From an uncultured Anaerolineaceae bacterium (GTDB lineage Bacteria; Chloroflexota; Anaerolineae; Anaerolineales; E44-bin32), in NCBI GenBank assembly GCA_964590515.1, contig CAZPZD010000001.1, forward strand, positions 39,853-103,852: a stretch of DNA of 64,000 nucleotides, in the 5' to 3' direction. The translations under genes were made by a program, and so were the position numbers. The notes beneath the pieces are model-generated. The model saw only the letters and a program-made list of their open reading frames with translations. It searched no databases and was not told where the DNA came from. Positions 45,288-53,763 of the stretch are shown piece after piece (position 1 is the stretch's first letter; each line of letters begins with the position of its first letter).

Positions 45288-46394
45288 TTGCCGGATGGTT
45301 GGTCCTGGCCATTCCGCTGCAGCAGCTGCGGTCGGGACTACCCGCGGGAGGCGCTTCCGTTTCGATGTGTGGTTTGCGGTGGCCACTATGACCTGGCCCA
45401 TCCGCTGCAGTACGCGCCAATCCCGCTGGCCGGACTGGAGCGTTACAGAAATTCATTCCCGCTCCCTCCGGGAGCGCGGCTGCTCTCCCTTGGGGAGGGG
45501 GGCACGCCACTGGTTGGCCAGGAGTTGGATGGCAAACAGGTTTACTTCAAGTGCGAATATCTGAATCCTACCGGATCGTTCAAGGACCGAGGCACAGCCG
45601 TGCTGATCTCAGCCCTTGCGGCGGCCCACGTTGTGGAAGCCATCGAAGACTCATCCGGCAACGCCGGGGCGTCCTTTGCCGCATACGCGGCGCGGGCTGG
45701 GATTCGGGCCAAGGTATTCATGCCGGACTCGGCTTCAGGCCCCAAGCGGGCTCAGATCGAGGCCTATGGTGCGGAGGTCGTTCCCATTCTGGGTCCCCGC
45801 ACCGAAGCCGCCCAGGCAGTCGTGCGGGCGGCAGTCGCGGGTTCGGTATATGCGAGCCACGCCTACTTGCCCCAGATCCTGACAGGAATGGCGACCTTCG
45901 CGTTCGAGCTGGTGGAGCAGTTGGGCAGGGCGCCCGCCGCACTGGTGCTACCGGTGGGGCAGGGCACCCTGCTATTGGGAGCCCACCTTGGGTTTCAAGC
46001 TCTGGCCCGCCAGAAGCTTATCCAGAAGCTTCCCCAGCTCATTGGGGTCCAAGCCCGGGCCTGCGCTCCGTTGTGGGCCGTGCATGAGGCCGGGATGGCC
46101 GGCTTGGGGTGGGTGCAGGAGGGGCAGACATTGGCCGAAGGGATCCGGATCCTCAACCCGCTTCGAGGAGATGCAGTGTTGGCAGCAGTAGAGGAGACGG
46201 CTGGGGGGTTCGAAGTCGTCGAGGAGTCCGAGATCCCAGTCGGGAGGCGCGCCCTCGCAGAGCGCGGATTCTTCGTTGAACCGACATCAGCTGTGATTTG
46301 GCCGGCGCTGCTGCGCCGCTTGCCCGGTTTGCCCGAGCCGATCGTGGCAGCCCTCACCGGCTCCGGGTACAAGTCGGGCTGGAATGGAGTCTAA
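45288..46394 (+). CDS. threonine synthase-like PLP enzyme with N-terminal zinc ribbon
   Basis: CSSCG...CVVCGG ribbon, LERYRNSFPLP...SLGEGGTPL, and the PLP lysine motif NPTGSFKDRG typical of ThrC. TTG start. Confidence 0.7.
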   Translation: MPDGWSWPFRCSSCGRDYPREALPFRCVVCGGHYDLAHPLQYAPIPLAGLERYRNSFPLPPGARLLSLGEGGTPLVGQELDGKQVYFKCEYLNPTGSFKDRGTAVLISALAAAHVVEAIEDSSGNAGASFAAYAARAGIRAKVFMPDSASGPKRAQIEAYGAEVVPILGPRTEAAQAVVRAAVAGSVYASHAYLPQILTGMATFAFELVEQLGRAPAALVLPVGQGTLLLGAHLGFQALARQKLIQKLPQLIGVQARACAPLWAVHEAGMAGLGWVQEGQTLAEGIRILNPLRGDAVLAAVEETAGGFEVVEESEIPVGRRALAERGFFVEPTSAVIWPALLRRLPGLPEPIVAALTGSGYKSGWNGV

Positions 46395-46398
46395 CAAA

Positions 46399-47637
46399 AT
46401 GAACCGTGTTGTAGTGACTGGAATGGGGACGCTGAACCCGATCGGTAACTCCGTCTCCGAGACCTGGCAAAACGCGGTGAACGGCGTGTCCGGGGTTGGG
46501 CCCATCACCCTGTTCGACGCATCGGAGTTCTTGGTCCAGATCGCGGCCGAGGTCAAGAATTTCAGTCCAGTTCAATTTATGGAGGCCCGCGACGCTCGCC
46601 GGCAAGATCGGTTCGAGCAGCTTGCTGCAGCAGCCGCCCAAGAAGCACTTGAACAATCTGGATTGAAAATCAAACCTGATAATGCAGCTCGGGTTGCAGT
46701 GATTATCTCATCCGCTACTGGAGGCCTATCGACGATCGAGGAGGGCGTAACCGCAATGATTGGCGAGGGACCGCGGCGGGTGAGCCCGTTCTTGATTCCG
46801 ATGTATATGTCCAACGGGGCTGCCGGACTGGTCGCGATTCGCTTCGGGGCTAAAGGACCCGCCTTCTCGGTCGCCTCGGCTTGCGCCTCCGGCGCCGACG
46901 GGATTGGTCAGGCCTGGCTGCTGATTCGGTCAGGGATTGTCGACTCGGCCCTGGCCGGAGCGTCGGATGCCACGATCAGCAAGATTGGGGTCAGTGGCTT
47001 CGATCGCCTGGGTGCCATGTCCCGGCACAACGAGGATTACTCGATGACCCCGGCTCCATTTGACAAGAACCGGGATGGCTTGGTGATGGGAGAGGGAGCC
47101 GGAGTATTGGTGCTCGAAAGTCTGGAGCATGCCGAGGCCCGCGGCGCCGAGATCCTGGCCGAAATGGTCAGTTACTGCTCGACCTCAGATGCTTTCCACA
47201 TCACGGCTCCGGCCGAGGACGGCGCGGGCGGGTCGGCAGCCATCGCGGGCGCGCTCCAGCTGGCCGGGATCAATGCCGAACAGGTCGATTACATCAATGC
47301 CCACGGCACCGCCACCGGCCTCAACGATGTCTCCGAGACCCGGGCCATCAAGGCCGCCCTGGGTGAGACCGCCTACGATGTCCCCATATCCTCAACGAAG
47401 TCTATGACCGGTCACATGATGGGGGCGACCGGTGCCTTAGAAGCAATCTTCTGTGTGATGGCCATTCGGGACGGGATTGTCCCTCCGACGATTCACTTGC
47501 AGACCCCGGATCCGGAATGCGACTTGGACTACATCCCCAACGAAGCTCGCCGTCGCCCGGTCCAGGTCGCACTGTCGAACGCCTTTGGATTTGGTGGGCA
47601 CAACGCGGTCCTAGCTTTCCGCGCGTTCTCCGGCTAA
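46399..47637 (+). CDS. fabF: beta-ketoacyl-ACP synthase II
   Basis: MNRVVVTGMG, the active-site ACASG, and HGTAT / GHMMGATG His motifs. Confidence 0.93.
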   Translation: MNRVVVTGMGTLNPIGNSVSETWQNAVNGVSGVGPITLFDASEFLVQIAAEVKNFSPVQFMEARDARRQDRFEQLAAAAAQEALEQSGLKIKPDNAARVAVIISSATGGLSTIEEGVTAMIGEGPRRVSPFLIPMYMSNGAAGLVAIRFGAKGPAFSVASACASGADGIGQAWLLIRSGIVDSALAGASDATISKIGVSGFDRLGAMSRHNEDYSMTPAPFDKNRDGLVMGEGAGVLVLESLEHAEARGAEILAEMVSYCSTSDAFHITAPAEDGAGGSAAIAGALQLAGINAEQVDYINAHGTATGLNDVSETRAIKAALGETAYDVPISSTKSMTGHMMGATGALEAIFCVMAIRDGIVPPTIHLQTPDPECDLDYIPNEARRRPVQVALSNAFGFGGHNAVLAFRAFSG

Positions 47638-47670
47638 AATCCCGCCCCGTGACACCTGGGGGGTGGGGAA

Positions 47671-48372
47671 TTGACTCCGGAGGAATTCGCCCGCCAAGCT
47701 GGACTTCACTTCAAGGATTTCCAACTCGTCCGTCGGGCGCTGACCCACAGCTCGTACATCAACGAAAATCCAGATGTTCTGGAGGACAACGAACGCTTGG
47801 AATACCTGGGCGACGCGGCGCTTGATTTCCTGAGCGCGGCCTGGCTGTACAAGCACTTTCCCGAGATGGACGAGGGACAGCTCACCCGTCTGCGGTCCTC
47901 TTTGGTCCGCACGGAACAGTTGGCCGAGTTCGCCGAGCAGATCCGGCTTAGTGAGGCGGTGCTGCTGGGGCGAGGCGAGGAGGCCTCCGGAGGACGGGAG
48001 CGGGAGGCCTTGCTGTGTGATGTCTTCGAGGCGCTGATCGGAGCGCTCTACATGGACTCCGGGCTCGAATCGGTGGCTCAATTCCTTGAACCACGCTTCA
48101 GCCAGGCTGTGGAACGGGTCATGCAGGACGAGAGCTTGCTCGACGCTCGCAGCCTGCTGCAAATCTGGGCCCAGGCTGAGCTCGGCGAGACCCCGCGCTA
48201 TCGTACCGTAGAGGCGATCGGTCCGGACCACGCTCGTGAATTCGTAGTGGAAGTTAGTATTGGTCGAGGGCCCAGCGCCCGCGGGGTGGGTCGCAGCAAG
48301 CAGGAAGCGGCCCAAGCAGCCGCCAGCTTGGCCCTAGGCACGATTCGAAGGAAGCCGGATCTCGCCCAATGA
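47671..48372 (+). CDS. rnc: ribonuclease III
   Basis: ERLEYLGDAALDF signature and a C-terminal dsRBD (GPDHAREFVVEV...GRSKQEAAQAAA). TTG start. Confidence 0.92.
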   Translation: MTPEEFARQAGLHFKDFQLVRRALTHSSYINENPDVLEDNERLEYLGDAALDFLSAAWLYKHFPEMDEGQLTRLRSSLVRTEQLAEFAEQIRLSEAVLLGRGEEASGGREREALLCDVFEALIGALYMDSGLESVAQFLEPRFSQAVERVMQDESLLDARSLLQIWAQAELGETPRYRTVEAIGPDHAREFVVEVSIGRGPSARGVGRSKQEAAQAAASLALGTIRRKPDLAQ

Positions 48373-51368
48373 GTCAACTGAATGGGGCTCGCAGGCTCAA
48401 ATCGCTTGAACTGCACGGCTACAAGAGTTTTGCCGGCAAGACCGTCTTCGAGTTCGGAGATACGATCACAGCAGTCGTCGGCCCCAACGGCAGCGGGAAA
48501 TCCAACATTGCCGATGCCATCCGCTGGGTTCTCGGAGAGCAAGCCTACAGCACCCTGCGCGGTCGCAAGACCGAGGACATGATTTTCGCCGGGTCGGAGG
48601 CCCGACCCCGGGCCGGCATGGCGACCGCCACGATCACCTTTGACAACCGGGACAATTGGCTGCCCATCGAATTCAGCGAGGTGGCTGTCAGCCGACGAGC
48701 CCATCGTGACGGCGAGAACGAATACCTGCTCAACGGGCAGCGGGTACGGTTGCGCGACATTCAAGATCTGCTGGGAAGCGTTGGACTGGCCGAGCGCAAT
48801 TACACCATCATCGGCCAGGGGCTGGTCGACTCGGTGCTTTCGCTCCGCCCAGAGGAGCGGATTAAGCTATTCGAAGAGGCAGCCGGCATCACGGTTCATC
48901 GCATCCGCAAGGACGAGGCGATCAGGCGTTTGGAAAAGACCCAGAGCAATCTCGAGCGAGCCAAGGATATCGTGACCGAAATCCGACCTCGGCTGCGGAG
49001 CCTCGCCCAGCAGGCCGAACGCGCCTCCGTGTACGATCGGTTGCGGGAGGAGCTGAGCGCGGCCCTGCGCGGTTGGTACGGTTTCCACTGGCACCGATTG
49101 CAGGCCGAACTGCAGGCCGCCGAGCGGCGGGCCTCCCAATCGGCGGCCCTCCGGGACGAAGTCCTCGCCCACGGTGAGAGTTCCCACCAAACCTTGATTG
49201 CGACCGATGCCCGAGTGGCCGCGCTGCGGGCGGAGATCGATCAGGCCGAAGCGATGTACCGCGCCCGTGCTTCCGATCGGGAGAACCTCGAACGCAGCCA
49301 GGCGGTGGCGGAAGAGCGAGTGCGCTGGCTCGAAGATGAAGAAGAGAGCCTCAACCGCGAAATGCTGGCACTGGAGAGTGTCCGGGGCGAGCTGGCCGAG
49401 CGAGTGGGCGCGGCTCGCGCCGAGGCCGAAGGCAAGGCAGCCGGCTTATCCGATCGAACGGTCCATGCGGGCCGGCCTCAGGACGAAGTCGAGCAACAGT
49501 TAAAGGAAGTGCTCGCGCGGATTGAATCGATCGATCGAGAATCCCGCCAGTTGGCTCAACAGCAGGCTGCCTCTGAGGCCAGGCTTAAGCTGGAGGTCAG
49601 TCCGACCCAGAATTCGAACCTCATTGCCGGTCGGCTGCGGGAGGCCGTCGAGCGTGGATTGCTTTCCGGCTGGATGGGCGAACTCAATGGTCAGCTGGAG
49701 ATGGAGCCGGCTCATGAGTCCGCGATCTCGGCTGCCTTGGATGGCTTCAGTGGGGGGATTGTCTTTAGCGGTGGACAACAGATTGACGAAGCCTTGGATT
49801 GGCTACACCGCGAGGACTCGAAAGAAAGGCTGGCCCTGCTTCCACAGTCCCGCGAACGCGAGCTGCCGGAGCTGGAAGTCCCTGCCGACCCCGACTGCTT
49901 GGGGCGGGCCGCAGACCTAGTGCGGGTCCCGCCGGAGTTTCAAGGAGCGGTGGAGCTGCTGTTGGGGCGGACCCTGGTTGTGCGGGACCGGGGCTCGGCC
50001 AAACGGATATTGCAAGCGCTCCCCCTGGATGCCCGGGTCGTGACCCTGTCCGGACAAGTGTTCTATCCCGCTGGCCAGGTACTGGTCCCGGTCAACGGTA
50101 GGTCTTCCAATTCGTCCGATCAAGCCCGGGCTGCCCTGCGGGAGCTCATGTTGCGCACGCAGCAGCTCGAAGCCGAGCGCCGCGCAGCGTCGGTGCAGCG
50201 GGAGAGTTTGGAGGGCGAGTGGAAGTCGCGACTCTCGCAGGAGCTCTTGCAGGCAACTATGGCCAAAGTGGAAGGCTTGGAGGAGCAATATCGTGAAACG
50301 GAGGTTACCTCGGCCAGGCAGCGTGAAAGGTTGTCAAGGAATCAGACTGCCCAGAGCAAGACCCGCTTGGAGATCTACGATGGCCGCAGCACACTTGGAA
50401 GGGTCAGAACTGAACTCTCAGCCGCCTCGGCCGCAGTAAGCGAGCTCAACGCGGCGATGGCCGAGATCGAGGCGAGCCGGACCGGGCTGCAGGCCGACGA
50501 GGCGCAGAGCCGGGAGGCTCGGCGGGTAGCGGAGGATGACTACACTCAGGCTCAAATCGAAATTGCCCGAATGCAGCAGCACGCCTCGGACATGGAGCGG
50601 AGGATCCTGGAAGATTTCAGTCTCGTCAATTCTGAGCTGGAGGCCTGGGGCTCTGATCCAACTCCATTGAGCATGGCGGGGCTCGTCGACCAGTTGGTAC
50701 CGGTCGATCAACTGCCTCCCGAGCTGGAAACCGAGCTCAATCGGAAGCGCGGCCAGCTGCGTCGACTCGGGTCAGTCGATCCGGCAGCCCAACAAGAGTT
50801 CGAAGAGGTCAAAGGCCGCCACGACTTCCTGCAGGAACAGATTCAGGATCTTGTTCAGGCCGAGGGCCAGCTGACCCAGGTGATCAAGGAGCTGGACGAG
50901 CTGATGTCCCAGGAGTTCCGCCGGACATTCGAGGCAGTGGCAGAGGCCTTTGAAGGCTTTTTCGTTCGCCTGTTTGCCGGCGGATCAGCCCGGCTGGACT
51001 ACCTCGGAGAGTCGGGGATTGATATCCAGGTGAAGCTTCCCGGCCGCCGCAATCAGGGTCTGGCCATGCTCTCGGGCGGCGAACGCAGCCTGACCGCGGT
51101 GGCCCTCGTCTTTGCCTTGCTCAGACTGTCGCCGACTCCATTCTGCGTGCTGGACGAAGTAGACGCGATGCTGGACGAACGCAATGTCGAGCGATTTGGA
51201 TTGATCCTGCGCGAGCTGAGTGAACGAACCCAGTTCCTGGTCATCACCCATAATCGTCAAACGATCCAGGCCGCCGAAGTCCTCTACGGCATCAGCCTCG
51301 GTAGAGATAATTCGAGCGATGTCATCAGCCTGCGGCTGGATCAAGTCGAGGACCGGATCGCGGCCTAA
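48369..51368 (+). CDS. smc: chromosome condensation/segregation ATPase SMC (short, 999 aa)
   Basis: Walker A GPNGSGKSNIADAIRWVLGEQ, long coiled coils, a hinge, the C-terminal signature LSGGERSLTAVAL, and Walker B FCVLDEVDAMLD. ATGA overlap with rnc. Confidence 0.92.
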   Translation: MSQLNGARRLKSLELHGYKSFAGKTVFEFGDTITAVVGPNGSGKSNIADAIRWVLGEQAYSTLRGRKTEDMIFAGSEARPRAGMATATITFDNRDNWLPIEFSEVAVSRRAHRDGENEYLLNGQRVRLRDIQDLLGSVGLAERNYTIIGQGLVDSVLSLRPEERIKLFEEAAGITVHRIRKDEAIRRLEKTQSNLERAKDIVTEIRPRLRSLAQQAERASVYDRLREELSAALRGWYGFHWHRLQAELQAAERRASQSAALRDEVLAHGESSHQTLIATDARVAALRAEIDQAEAMYRARASDRENLERSQAVAEERVRWLEDEEESLNREMLALESVRGELAERVGAARAEAEGKAAGLSDRTVHAGRPQDEVEQQLKEVLARIESIDRESRQLAQQQAASEARLKLEVSPTQNSNLIAGRLREAVERGLLSGWMGELNGQLEMEPAHESAISAALDGFSGGIVFSGGQQIDEALDWLHREDSKERLALLPQSRERELPELEVPADPDCLGRAADLVRVPPEFQGAVELLLGRTLVVRDRGSAKRILQALPLDARVVTLSGQVFYPAGQVLVPVNGRSSNSSDQARAALRELMLRTQQLEAERRAASVQRESLEGEWKSRLSQELLQATMAKVEGLEEQYRETEVTSARQRERLSRNQTAQSKTRLEIYDGRSTLGRVRTELSAASAAVSELNAAMAEIEASRTGLQADEAQSREARRVAEDDYTQAQIEIARMQQHASDMERRILEDFSLVNSELEAWGSDPTPLSMAGLVDQLVPVDQLPPELETELNRKRGQLRRLGSVDPAAQQEFEEVKGRHDFLQEQIQDLVQAEGQLTQVIKELDELMSQEFRRTFEAVAEAFEGFFVRLFAGGSARLDYLGESGIDIQVKLPGRRNQGLAMLSGGERSLTAVALVFALLRLSPTPFCVLDEVDAMLDERNVERFGLILRELSERTQFLVITHNRQTIQAAEVLYGISLGRDNSSDVISLRLDQVEDRIAA

Positions 51369-51405
51369 CTCGCGCCGGGCCTCCCACCAGCTGCCGGCCC
51401 CGCGG

Positions 51406-51411
51406 TAGAAT
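51406..51411 (+). promoter_or_regulatory. -10 hexamer TAGAAT 8 nt upstream of the mature 5' end of tRNA-Leu
   Basis: TAGAAT at 51406-51411. tRNA position 1 is at 51420. Confidence 0.35.
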
Positions 51412-51419
51412 AGCAGTTC

Positions 51420-51503
51420 GCCGAAGTGGCGGAATTGGCAGACGCGCTGCGTTCAGGGCGCAGTGAGCATACGCTCGTGAGAGTTCAAATCTCTCCTTCG
51501 GCA
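51420..51503 (+). tRNA. tRNA-Leu (anticodon CAG), CCA not encoded
   Basis: Acceptor GCCGAAG/CTTCGGC, anticodon stem CTGCG/CGCAG with loop TTCAGGG, a long variable arm, and T-arm GAGAG-TTCAAAT-CTCTC. Confidence 0.9.
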
Positions 51504-51612
51504 TGACGGCCCCCTTTGAGGGGCCGGTTCTTCTCCTGGCCCGAGGCTTGCAACGATTCTCCGGGCGGGCGGCTTGCGGCGGGTGCGCCGCTCCGCTAAG
51601 ATCACCGGCCCC

Positions 51613-51990
51613 ATGGAAGAGACAAAGTCCCCGATCTCCGGTATCTGGCTGCTCATCGCACTCATCGTCGGAGTGCTCATCTTCGGCGACCTCACCCGCA
51701 GGATGACCGATGCCCGCCGGATGGAGCGCGATGGTCGGATGCTGGCGACCGAAGTCACCGATCTGGAGGCCGCCAACTCGGACCTCGAAACCCAGATCGC
51801 CCAAGCCGGCGACGAGGCCAACGTTGCCCGTTGGGCACGGGCCGAGGCCAAGCTTGTCCTGGAAGGTGAACGGTTGGTCGTTCCGCTCCCGGCCGAAGGG
51901 CCCGCGGAGGAGCAACCACTCGCCCCCGATCTTGCGCAGGATGCCCCAAGCACGTGGGAGATTTGGTGGGCGCTGCTGGTGGGTGGTTAG
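51613..51990 (+). CDS. septum formation initiator (FtsB/DivIC-like) protein
   Basis: Single TM (ISGIWLLIALIVGVLIF), a coiled coil (LATEVTDLEAANSDLETQIA), and the conserved-type tail ARWARAEAKLVLEGERLVV. Confidence 0.55.
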   Translation: MEETKSPISGIWLLIALIVGVLIFGDLTRRMTDARRMERDGRMLATEVTDLEAANSDLETQIAQAGDEANVARWARAEAKLVLEGERLVVPLPAEGPAEEQPLAPDLAQDAPSTWEIWWALLVGG

Positions 51991-52013
51991 CGGTGCGCCG
52001 AGGGCGATTCGCG

Positions 52014-52022
52014 TGTTATACT
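52014..52022 (+). promoter_or_regulatory. extended -10 element TGtTATACT upstream of tRNA-Met
   Basis: TGTTATACT at 52014-52022, about 30 nt before tRNA position 1. Confidence 0.35.
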
Positions 52023-52052
52023 CCGCCCCGCGCCACGAGCAGGCGCACACGC

Positions 52053-52126
52053 TGCGGGGTGGAGCAGTGGCAGCTCGTCAGGCTCATAACCTGAAGGTCG
52101 CAGGTTCGAATCCTGCCCCCGCTACC
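52053..52126 (+). tRNA. tRNA-Met (anticodon CAU), initiator-like
   Basis: Near-identical in layout to E. coli tRNA-fMet (xGCGGGGTGGAGCAG...GCTCGTC.GGCTCATAACC.GAAGGTC). It has A11:U24, a 1:72 mismatch (U1/U72), discriminator A, and CC encoded. The anticodon stem has only two of the three signature G:C pairs. Confidence 0.85.
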
Positions 52127-52138
52127 TGAATTGACCAG

Positions 52139-52170
52139 GGGCCGCCCTAAATGGGCGGCCCTTCTGTGTT
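52139..52170 (+). terminator. rho-independent terminator after tRNA-Met
   Basis: Perfect 9-bp stem gggccgccc / gggcggccc with loop TAAAT, followed by TTCTGTGTT. Confidence 0.75.
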
Positions 52171-52187
52171 CCTGGCAATCACGGCAC

Positions 52188-52193
52188 TAGAAT
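52188..52193 (+). promoter_or_regulatory. -10 hexamer TAGAAT placed 9 nt before the hutH start codon
   Basis: TAGAAT at 52188-52193 and ATG at 52203. There is no room for a Shine-Dalgarno. Confidence 0.35.
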
Positions 52194-52202
52194 GGGATTC
52201 GC

Positions 52203-53747
52203 ATGCTGGAGCTGAGCGGACAGGATTTGACCATCGAGCAGGTTGTGGCCGTCGCCAGGAAGGGAGAGCCGGTCAACGGCCTGCCCGATCGGGCGCTGGA
52301 AAGAATGCGCGCCAGCCGAGATTGGGTCGAGCAGGCGGTTCGCAGCGACGCGGCCCCGATCTATGGCGTGACGACTGGTTTCGGTCCTCTCGCCCAGGTC
52401 CGGGTCCAGCCTGAGCAAACCCGTCGGCTCTCCCGCAATCTGATCCTCTCCTCGATGGCCGGGGTCGGCCCCGCCCTTCCAACGGACATTGTGCGGGCCA
52501 TGCTGCTGATTCGGGTCAACACCTTCTCCAAGGGCCTCTCGGGAGTCCGGCCGCTGCTGGCAGACACTCTGATCCGGATGTTGAACTCCGGGGTCACCCC
52601 TCATGTCCCGGCCAAAGGGTCGCTTGGGGCGAGCGGCGACCTGGCCCCGCTGGCGCACATCGCGGCGGTGCTCTCGAAGGACCCTGACCAGCCGGGGGAC
52701 CTAGACTCTGGCCGGGCCTGGTTTGGGGGGGAGTTGCTGAGCGGGGCGGAGGCCATGCAGCAGGCCGGGATCGAACGGGTAGTGCTCGAGGCCAAAGAAG
52801 GGTTGGGGCTGACCAACGGGACCAACTTCATGGCCGCGGCCGCCGCGCTGGGGGTCTATGACGCGGAGAACCTGCTGCAGCATGCTGAAGTCGCGGCTGC
52901 GCTCAGCTTCGAGGGGCTGCTCGGGACTACTTCCGCCCTGGACGACCGACTCCATCAGGCCAACAGCCAGCCCGGTCAGATCGCAACCGCGGCCGCGCTT
53001 CGGCAGTTGCTGAGCGGAAGCCGACTCGTCGACTCTCGCCCGGGCCGGGTCCAAGACGCCTACAGCCTGCGCTGCACTCCCCAGGTCCTCGGGCCGGTCC
53101 GCGACGTGCTGGGATACCTTCGTGAGCGAGTAACCGGCGCCATCAACGCCGCGACCGACAACCCCCTCTTCTTCGGGGACTCCGGCGCGATTTCGGGCGG
53201 AAATTTCCATGGACAGGGGCTGGCCATGTGGCTGGATCTCTTGGGGATCGCCGCGGCGCAGCTTGGGACGATCTCCGAGCGGCGAACGTTTCGAATGACG
53301 ACCCCGGAACTCAGCGAAGGACTCCCCTCGATGTTGGTCCTCAATGCCGGCTTGGACAGCGGGCTGATGATGCCACAGTACACCGCGGCGGCCCTGGTCT
53401 CGGACAATAAGACCTTGGCCCATCCCGATTCGGTCGATTCCATTCCTTCAAGCGGCAACCAGGAGGACCACGTCAGCATGGGGGCCAACGCGGCGCGGCA
53501 TGCGTTGGAGATTCTCGAGAATGTGCGGCTGGTCCTGGCCGTCGAGTTGCTCACCGCTGCCCAGGCGATTGACCTGCGCCCCGAGGGACCCTCCCGGCTT
53601 GGCCGTGGCACAGCGGCCGCCCATCGAGTCGTGCGGCAAACCGTCTCATTCCTGGAACACGACCGGCCACTCAGTCCCGACATCGAGACCCTGGCCGAGC
53701 TCATCAGCTCGGAGCAGTTGATTCAGGCGGTCGAATCAGTCCGATAA
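52203..53747 (+). CDS. hutH: histidine ammonia-lyase
   Basis: MIO-forming [14 protein letters not shown] motif and overall HAL/PAL family pattern. Confidence 0.93.
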   Translation: MLELSGQDLTIEQVVAVARKGEPVNGLPDRALERMRASRDWVEQAVRSDAAPIYGVTTGFGPLAQVRVQPEQTRRLSRNLILSSMAGVGPALPTDIVRAMLLIRVNTFSKGLSGVRPLLADTLIRMLNSGVTPHVPAKGSLGASGDLAPLAHIAAVLSKDPDQPGDLDSGRAWFGGELLSGAEAMQQAGIERVVLEAKEGLGLTNGTNFMAAAAALGVYDAENLLQHAEVAAALSFEGLLGTTSALDDRLHQANSQPGQIATAAALRQLLSGSRLVDSRPGRVQDAYSLRCTPQVLGPVRDVLGYLRERVTGAINAATDNPLFFGDSGAISGGNFHGQGLAMWLDLLGIAAAQLGTISERRTFRMTTPELSEGLPSMLVLNAGLDSGLMMPQYTAAALVSDNKTLAHPDSVDSIPSSGNQEDHVSMGANAARHALEILENVRLVLAVELLTAAQAIDLRPEGPSRLGRGTAAAHRVVRQTVSFLEHDRPLSPDIETLAELISSEQLIQAVESVR

Positions 53748-53763
53748 AAGTGGCGACGACCCG

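Noticed and set aside
45288-46394. Calling the PLP enzyme a CysM/CysK-type sulfhydrylase that uses the neighbouring MoaD domain.
   Set aside because: The PLP-lysine context NPTGSFKDRG and the RY...LP...SLGEGGTPL N-terminus fit threonine synthase better than CysK/CysM. The carrier-dependent idea is kept only as a low-confidence hypothesis.
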